Positions 50,441-64,000 of a stretch of DNA of 64,000 nt are shown here, piece by piece. The stretch lies in the NCBI GenBank assembly GCA_051294375.1, contig CM119266.1, forward strand, positions 24,634,312-24,698,311. Reading direction: 5' to 3'. A model generated the notes under the pieces. It saw only the letters and a list, made by a program, of their open reading frames with translations. It did not search any database and was not told the DNA's origin. The stretch's first letter is position 1, and every line of letters starts with the position of its first letter. Source of the DNA: Paraspadella gotoi (Eukaryota; Animalia; Chaetognatha). The position numbers and the translations under genes are program-made.

Positions 50441-53400
50441 ATGACGTTCCTTGACCCGAACAACCCCCCTTACCGTTTCGTCGTCCTATTCTTCAACTGC
50501 ATGTTGACTTTCGGTTCATACTACTGCTTCGACATGCCGAGCGCCTTACAAGAGCACATACAAGGACAACGTATTCCCTGCAACGGTTCAGCTCCCAACG
50601 GGACTACCAACACCTCGGGAACCATTAACGGAACATGCTGCGACGATTGCCTCGACCTAAATTCGCGCGACTACAACCTCCTTTACGCCATCTACGCCTG
50701 GACTAACGCGGTTCTCGTCATCTTCGCCGGATTCCTTATCGACAGATTGGGCAACGCCATCGGCCTTTTTCTCTTTTCTTTTCTCTGCCTGTTAGGATCT
50801 TCCATCTTCACCGCGGGCTCATTGCTTTACGGGACCGATTTCATGTTCCCTCTAATGCTGCTGGGTCGGTTGTTGTTCGGCTCGGGTAACGGCGCCCTCA
50901 CCGTTGTTCAAAATCGGCTCACGGCGTTTTGGTTCGAGGGAAAGGAACTGGCGTTAGCCTTCGGGGTCACGCTGGCTTTTTCCCGCGCCGGCTCCGTCCT
51001 GAACTTTTTCTTCACCGAGAGTCTCTACGAGACGTTGGGCCTGTCGAGCACGCTGTGGCTCGGCGCTGGGCTCTGCGGACTGGGCTTTTGCTCCGCCATT
51101 ATCGTCATAGGTCTCGATAAGTATGGAACTAAAAAGCTAGGGGTCGACGTCGAAATAAAATCCGCCTCACGCCTAGTCAACCCCAAAGACATTCTCAATT
51201 TTAATTCTTTATTCTGGCTTCTCGCATTAACCATTATGTTTTTCTACAACGGAGTTTTTCCTTTCGTCGCAGACGCCGCACGCTTTATTCACGAAAAATA
51301 CAAGTATTGGAGGGAGATGTTGAATAAATTTTAAAGAGCAAACTTTTAGCTGTACTAGTCGAGTAATAATTAGCGGGTAACTATATACTATTACCTATGA
51401 ACATACGTCAAAGAAATTTCGAAAACAAAAACACCTAGATGTATATTGAGGAAAACAATTAAAAGTTTCAATTTAAAACCCTTTTTAATTAAAAAGAAAC
51501 CCTTCTTTTTCAGCATTGATGAAAAGCCTTCGTCTTACTTTGCCGGGGCTGTCTACGACGTCTCCATGGTATTGTCACCTTTCCTCGGAGGAGTAATTGA
51601 CTACGTAGGTTTCAGAGGCTTGCTATGTTCCGTCTGTGCCATCCTGACCATTCCAGTCTTCGCCCTTCTTGCCTTCACCAATGTGCATCCCCTCGTATCC
51701 ACCGTCTGGCTTGGGGTGACGTATTCCATCGCTGGTGAGAAAAAGATAATTATGTCATGAATTTTTCGCCAACGAGTTCAAAAATCATTGATCGATGGAA
51801 ACAGCTGCCAGCATGTGGCCTTCCATCCCGCTGGTGGTCAAACCGGCATATATTGGAACAGCAATGGGAATAGCAACATCGATTCAGATGATTGGTATCG
51901 GCGTATCGAATCTCATAATTGGAGCAGTGTTGGATATGGCCGATCAGTCGAGGTATAATTTTTTATAGCAATTGCAACCACGTTAAAATTAAAAAAAAAT
52001 TGTTGTCCTCTTTCACTTCACAAATCCTTTACATGTGAATTACATTTCCAAAATTTTTTGGTCTTTATAGTCTATATAAAGTTTACAGAATAAATAGTTA
52101 AATCAACATATTTATTATTGATATTTGTACTTAATGAAAAATGAAATTCTTGACAAAGAAGGCCTCTTTCTTTAAACAGCTTTCCCCGGTATGTATCCCT
52201 ATCAGAACCCTCAACAATAACGAATTATAAATAACCTTAATCCCATAACAAATTATCCTCTCCACCCTATTAGATATTTTGAATTTTCAATAAATGACTT
52301 CTTAACAAGAAGACAACACTAACACCCCCCTCTCCATTACATTATAAAAGAATATACTTTATATAAAGAATATAATTAAATCCAATTTTATATTAAATTT
52401 ATACATTTATTTTTAAACTTTAATATTGTGATATAAATCCTTTCTTTTTCGTTGTTTGAAGTAGTTACAGAAAGTTTGATTTGGAGTATGACAACGATTT
52501 GATTTTATTAGCAAAAACAGACATGTTTCGGCTTTGCTTGCAAGCCTTCATCAGCGTTAACATTTGTTAACAAAAGCCGTAAAATGTCTGTTTTTGCTAA
52601 TAAAATCAAATCGTTGTCATACTCCAAATCAAACTTTCTGTAAATTTTAATAAAAAATTTGGCATTCCTGGAGATCAATGCCCTCTGGAGGCCTATGGGA
52701 ATATGAAGAGCAAGGTTTTTCTTAAAGAATTAACGGAAAAAAGAACAAAATGGAACGAAAGAGGATAACGTTTTGGGGGAAAAAAAAAAAGGAATTCAGA
52801 TATCATAATTTTTTTTTTAATATTTTTTATTTTTGTTATATAAAATTGGTACAACCAATATATATTTGGGTAAAAATTAAGGTTACAAAAAATTATGGTT
52901 AAGAATAAATTAAAAATAAGTGTAAGTTAAATAGAAAAATAAGTTAAGGTTAAAAATAAGTTGGGGGTAAATTAGGGTTAGGGGTAAGTTAGGGTTAAGG
53001 GTAAGTTAGGGATAAGGGCAAGTTAGGGGTAGAGGTAAGTTTGGGTTAGGGGTAAGTTAAGGGTAAATTAGAGTTAAATTTAAAATTAAGTTTCGGCTTA
53101 AGCATAAAATAATTTAACTTTTCAAAAAATAATATTTAAATATTAATAAATTTATAAAAAATATAATAATAATATTTATAAAGTAACAGAGTTTTTATTT
53201 ATGATTACAATGATCATTTAATAATTCGGAAAGAGAGAAAAAGATATCAATGTTAAAATTGCCTCTCTCTTTATCTCTCAAAGTTAATATCTAAATATTT
53301 ATTAAAACTATTAAAACTGGCTGTCGAAAGTTCAAAAAACAACCAAAACATATTCGAATTATTAAATGATCGTGATTATCACAAATAAAAACTTATTTTG

Positions 53401-54355
53401 TAAATATCTATTAAAGGCAATAAAAAAATAATATTATAATTATTAATATTTAAAAAACATTTTTTAAAGAATTAAAAAGAAATCCTTAGCTCGTGAAGCT
53501 TAAAAACGTTTTTAATATCATTGTTGTTACGGTCTTAAATTTTTTTTTCTGTAAAGAAACAAACTTTATTTTTTCCTCTTCTTTCTTTTCGTTTTCCCAT
53601 AAGCCTCCAGAGCGTATTCAACTCCGGGATCGCCACCAAAAAATATTTTTGTTAATAAACTTATCGTTTTTGATAAAATTAGTTTGAGAGACAAACAACG
53701 ATCTTAATATAGAAACGGACATGTTTCGACTTATTCATAAATCTTTATCAGCGCGAATTTGCGTGAATTCGCGCTGATGAAGACTTACAAATAAGTCGAA
53801 AGATGTCCGTTATTTGTTTTAATATTAAAATCGTTGTTTGCAAACAAAATACAGAATTTTCTTCTCTTTAATATTAAAACGCAACGAAAGAAAGGATTTA
53901 CACAATGTCGATAAAATAATAGAATAAGATTACTACTTGTCCTATTCATTTTATCGAGAACCTTTAGAGGCAATAACGTTCGAAAATTCCATAATAGAAT
54001 TGCATATTTTTCAGCCTCATTCTATACTGGAAATATGTAATGATATATTTGCTCATCAACGTGCTGGGATGCGTGGCTACAACAACTGTTATAAACATAG
54101 TGGACAGAACAAAAAATGACGGGATTTTGAACAGAACAAGCAAACGGAAATTACAGGTATAACTCTTTCCAAGAAAAGTTATAAATATACTCTTACCATG
54201 AAGAGTTTAAATTTTTTTTTTTTTGATAAAATCAGATGGAGCCTCGACCGACTTCTGACGAGCCGGTAATACATGATGCCAGCCGTATCGACGATGAACA
54301 CCAAGACATCATGAGACGTCCATTGTTGAGAGGCGACAGATCGATCGAAACATAA
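50441..54355 (+). CDS. MFSD1: MFSD1-family major facilitator transporter, 5 exons
   Basis: Exons 50441-51303, 51514-51734, 51805-51952, 54015-54156 and 54236-54355 splice in frame. Motifs LTFGSYYCFDMPSALQ, WFEGKELALAFG and ASMWPSIPLVV. Confidence 0.88.
52465..52643. repeat. Intronic fold-back element containing a hammerhead
   Basis: Near-perfect inverted arms ttacagaaagtttgatttggagtatgacaacg... and ...cgttgtcatactccaaatcaaactttctgtaa. Confidence 0.9.
52516..52558 (-). ncRNA. Minimal hammerhead ribozyme with an intact core
   Basis: Reverse complement reads aacg-CTGATGA-aggctt-gcaagca-aagcc-GAAA-cat-GTC-tgtt, with a 4-bp stem I (aacg/tgtt). Confidence 0.82.
52866..53090. repeat. Degenerate TTAGGG-like interstitial tract; others at ~30992-31052, 32195-32335, 34368-34475, 34655-34712, 35756-35800 and 37205-37275
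   Basis: Runs such as ttagggttaggggtaagttagggttaagggtaagttaggg. Confidence 0.75.
53692..53840. ncRNA. Palindrome of two divergent hammerhead motifs: minus 53715-53754 and plus 53771-53810
   Basis: Plus: gcg-CTGATGA-agactta-caaa-taagtc-GAAA-gat-GTC-cgt. Minus: gcg-CTGATAA-agattta-tgaa-taagtc-GAAA-cat-GTC-cgt. Confidence 0.78.
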
Positions 54356-56164
54356 ACCACAACAACGTACGAAAAATCTAATTGTCAGCAACAATGAATT
54401 ACGAATTATGGTGAAAATTACATTTTTCTGAAACCTTAAAAATGAAAATCGTTTTTAGAACTTTTATTCAGCATTTTAAACATTTTTCGAAGTTAGGAAA
54501 TAAAAATTTTCGCTCGCTAGACTATATTCAAACAGTATCAATGGGCCTATGGCAGAGTACTTTTAAAATAAAAATTTATTGATGAAGAATACGAGCGCAA
54601 TCATGTAAGCTTAAGTCTGCGTTTGGTTGTCAAAATATTTTGACCCATCGGTTTTAACGGGCGATGATCTAGCCGAAAATAAAACTTCAAAGTCAAGCTG
54701 CTGACAAATTTAAATCATCTGACTGACCCCTAGCTGAACCTTTTAAAGCAAACAATATAGTTTCCGCTCAAAGCTTACCACAAGATTGAGAAGGGTAGAT
54801 GTAGATGCTGGTGAGCAAGGTTCTGCACAAACAAATTTACAAATAATCAGAGCCACTTTTCTTCCTACCCTTTCAAGTCATAAAATAATCGGTTCAAAAC
54901 ACTGTAGGCCGACCAACCCATGTAAAATATTTTCTTCAAATTTTTTTTTATAAATATTTGAATGATAATATGGCCCATGGGTTTACTATACAATTTGAAC
55001 CTCGTAATCTTCAAGATAAACTTATCAATGTTGCTTACGAGCTTCCATGATCCGACAAAACGAGTTAAACGTGCGAGGGCGCCGGCCCTCGAGTATCTTG
55101 AAATTCGGAGAGAGCGAGAGGAAGGCCTAATGGACGGATAGAGCCCGAAGGACAACTCGGAGCGTTTCGTTGTTCAATGAATGGTCCCGACGTTATGAAA
55201 AGAAAAGGGATATTAAATTCGTGAGAGAATGCTTAAAAAAATTGGCAACAAAAAAGAATCCTTGAATCGCGAAGATCAATCGCTGACTGACAGCCGAAGC
55301 CAAAGGCGGTCCGGTCCTAAATTCACTTACCTTAAACAAAAATTATAACCTAAATCTTCGTAAACATCAGCATACCATCTATGTACGTTCTCATTTAAAA
55401 ATGAGCTAAACCACAAACCCTCAGGGAATCTAGCAAGTATTACCCCAAAGACTGAGCGCGAGATTGTGATGGCGCTATCTCACGCGTCAAAACAACAATG
55501 GCAACCGGAACGAGATCATCAGCCCCATCAGCGGCGGTAAGTTAGCCTATGAAAGGTGGGAAATGGGAGAAAAAAGGTAAAAACCAAAAAAAAAAATTTT
55601 TTGAAGAATTTAATTATATTCAAAGAAAAAAAAACAAAACAAAATTATGTACATTTTTCTAGTTAAATAAGCTGTAAGAATAGGAAAGGGCTTGCATAGA
55701 AATTTAGATATGCAAACACGTGTCATTTAATGACCAAAGGATAAGATTTCAAATTCACACTTAAGGTTAAAGGCTTGAGTATAATGCCCCACGCATAGGG
55801 CATGCTACCTTTGCGTTTGTGTAATCACCCTGTGCGAGTGTGGCCTCAAGAGAATCAAGATTTGAACCGCTGGGTTCATGCCGATTTTCTGAATGAAACG
55901 AGGAAAGAAAAATAAGAAAATTTCCGTCACATAGTCTTAAATATTATAAAAGATTAAATTTTATAAAAAACTCAAGCCTGTAGCCTTAGAAAATCATCAC
56001 CGACTTGATCAGAGATCCTCTCTTTCACTGAAGAATCTTTGGTCGCGTCACTTCACAAGCTCCAACTTTAACTGTCAATTGTCCACTAGTTAGCAAGCGC
56101 TCCCATTCCCGATTGGGACGCGCATCTAAAGAGCACGCGTATATCAAGGGGATAAGAAAGTAGT

Positions 56165-62337
<6,173 letters not shown>

Positions 62338-62819
62338 GATACAAACTATAAAAATATAATTCAATAAACCATAAACTGATAAAGTATATACATATATTAA
62401 TCTGTGATAAAAGTAAATAGGTAAAAAATATATTAGAAAAGAGTTGTTGACCAAAACAATGTTTAAAAAAAATTGTAAACGGTAAAATTTAACCAGAACG
62501 AGAAACGCATTAAAAAAAATTATTCCTCCACCATGGTTTCTTAAAGTATATAAAAAATTGTATAAGTAGTATAAATTGTATAAACTTTTACAATTGTTTC
62601 CCAGCTGTAAAAAATAGCTTTGCATTTTTCAAAAAATAACTTTTTGAAATGTTTCTCCAAAATTATTAAACATGGTTTTTAACAGTTCTGCTAACCAAAA
62701 ATACTGCGAAGTTTACGAATACTTCAGATTTTATAAAAAAAAAAAATTATTTAATAGCAACAAGTTATATTTAACGTTGTAATGTTGCAGTTCATAAACC
62801 CTTTTTTTCCAAATTATTT

Positions 62820-64000
62820 TTACCGTTCATAAATGCGAAAAGAAGGTACACTAATAGGATATTTGTCGAACCCTACTCCCTTCAGCGGCAATTTATCTCC
62901 ATCGTAATCAAACCTAAAGGCTTGTAAAAGTTTTATTATACCAATGTACAACTCTTGCTCAGCAAATCGTCTCCCTATACACATTCGAGGACCAAAGCCA
63001 AACGGCATTACCAAGAAAGGGTTTCCCCGCTCTTCCTGGGAGCCCCCCGATCGTAACCACCTTTCCGGTTTGAATTTCAATGGATTATCATAATTTTCTT
63101 CGGAAAGACAGGCATATTCGTGCTCTAACAAACAAGTTGTTCCTTTCGGAATGCGGTAACCTTGGATGACAACATCTCTAATAAGATTACGAACATTCAT
63201 AGGGATGATAGGTTTTAATCTATATGTTTCACGCATCACGGCTTTAAGGTAATGCATTCGTGACAAAAGAGTCGGGGTTACCCTCTCTTCAAAGCTTTTA
63301 AAATTCTCATCTATCTCCTTCTGCAACTTTTCCTGGACACTAGGGTTTTTCGCCAGGTAAAACAAATTATAGGTTAGCGAATAACTGGTAGTTTCAATTG
63401 CGGCAAGCATCATATCAAATATCAATGTAATTTTTTGATCCATAGGAAGATTTTCGATGCTTAACAACTGCGGCAAAAATCTTTTGCTCAAATCGAGATT
63501 TGTGTCGAATTCACATTTTTTTTGGTAATCCTCAACCAATTGGATAGACATTTCGGTAACAAAATCCATATCTCGGTCAAATTTAGACTGTTTTCTGGAA
63601 GGAATTCCTAATCGATCAAAAATATTATACATAGGATTAACAGCTAAAGAAAATGCTTCCGAAAACGCCCCTTGAACGCTTTCAATAAACTGTTGTTGCC
63701 ACGATTCTTTGGACAAGTTTGAGTCCAAACATCCGAGCCGTCGGTCAAAAACTACTGCGCACACTGACTCGAATGACCATCGAGAGAATTCTGCCATCAG
63801 CGAAGGTAACCGATTTTCGTTGTTTTGACCAATGAGTCCTTGAATTTTTACGACCAATTCATCTCCGATGGGACTTTGTACCTCCAAATAAGGATGAGCA
63901 GAGTTCGCTTTCATCATGACTTTGTTTAGAGGTTTCCTCAACGCCCACCATTGTTCATGATTGGACAGAAGAAGCCCCAGTTCCTGCTTCCGTTTTAGAC
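62820..64000 (-). CDS. Cytochrome P450, probably mitochondrial clan; 5' end outside the window
   Basis: C-helix WWALR, I-helix AAIETTS, ETYR (EXXR), PERW and heme motif PFGFGPRMCIGRRFAE. Uninterrupted over ~1.18 kb. Confidence 0.93.
   Translation of the reverse strand, partial: LKRKQELGLLLSNHEQWWALRKPLNKVMMKANSAHPYLEVQSPIGDELVVKIQGLIGQNNENRLPSLMAEFSRWSFESVCAVVFDRRLGCLDSNLSKESWQQQFIESVQGAFSEAFSLAVNPMYNIFDRLGIPSRKQSKFDRDMDFVTEMSIQLVEDYQKKCEFDTNLDLSKRFLPQLLSIENLPMDQKITLIFDMMLAAIETTSYSLTYNLFYLAKNPSVQEKLQKEIDENFKSFEERVTPTLLSRMHYLKAVMRETYRLKPIIPMNVRNLIRDVVIQGYRIPKGTTCLLEHEYACLSEENYDNPLKFKPERWLRSGGSQEERGNPFLVMPFGFGPRMCIGRRFAEQELYIGIIKLLQAFRFDYDGDKLPLKGVGFDKYPISVPSFRIYER

Noticed and set aside
52866-53090. 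True telomere or chromosome fusion site
   Set aside because: The repeats are highly degenerate, short, intronic and recur as parts of dispersed repeats.
54658-54730. Possible C/D snoRNA (ggg-cgatga...ctga-ccc)
   Set aside because: The C box is imperfect, the site is not clearly intronic on this strand, and I could not establish a convincing rRNA guide. It would need snoscan or Infernal.

Overview
AT-rich, compact genomic DNA from an invertebrate animal, with GT-AG introns of about 50-80 nt, many microsatellites and N-gaps. The taxon cannot be fixed from this window. The first 20 kb is a ~2.8 kb fold-back palindrome plus a ~9 kb tandem duplication whose copies differ by scattered 1-bp indels, probably an assembly or amplification artefact. 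Recognisable genes are DCLRE1C (Artemis), DCTPP1, SEC22B, MFSD1, PRPF4B, a 5'-partial mitochondrial-clan cytochrome P450, a DZIP1-like C2H2/coiled-coil gene and two tandem divergent claudin-superfamily genes. Several spliced orphan genes are also present. Mobile DNA includes a degenerate Penelope-like retroelement with several pLTR copies, at least three tRNA-derived SINE families, a hAT-like non-autonomous element and Helentron/DINE-like elements carrying minisatellites. The most striking unannotated signal is a dispersed set of minimal hammerhead-ribozyme motifs. Several sit in 150-200 bp intronic fold-back elements, one with back-to-back hammerheads on both strands. Also notable are claudins lacking the conserved extracellular cysteines, and splice acceptors just upstream of most start codons together with very tight co-oriented gene spacing (possible trans-splicing or operon). 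Exon coordinates were read by eye and may be off by a few bases.
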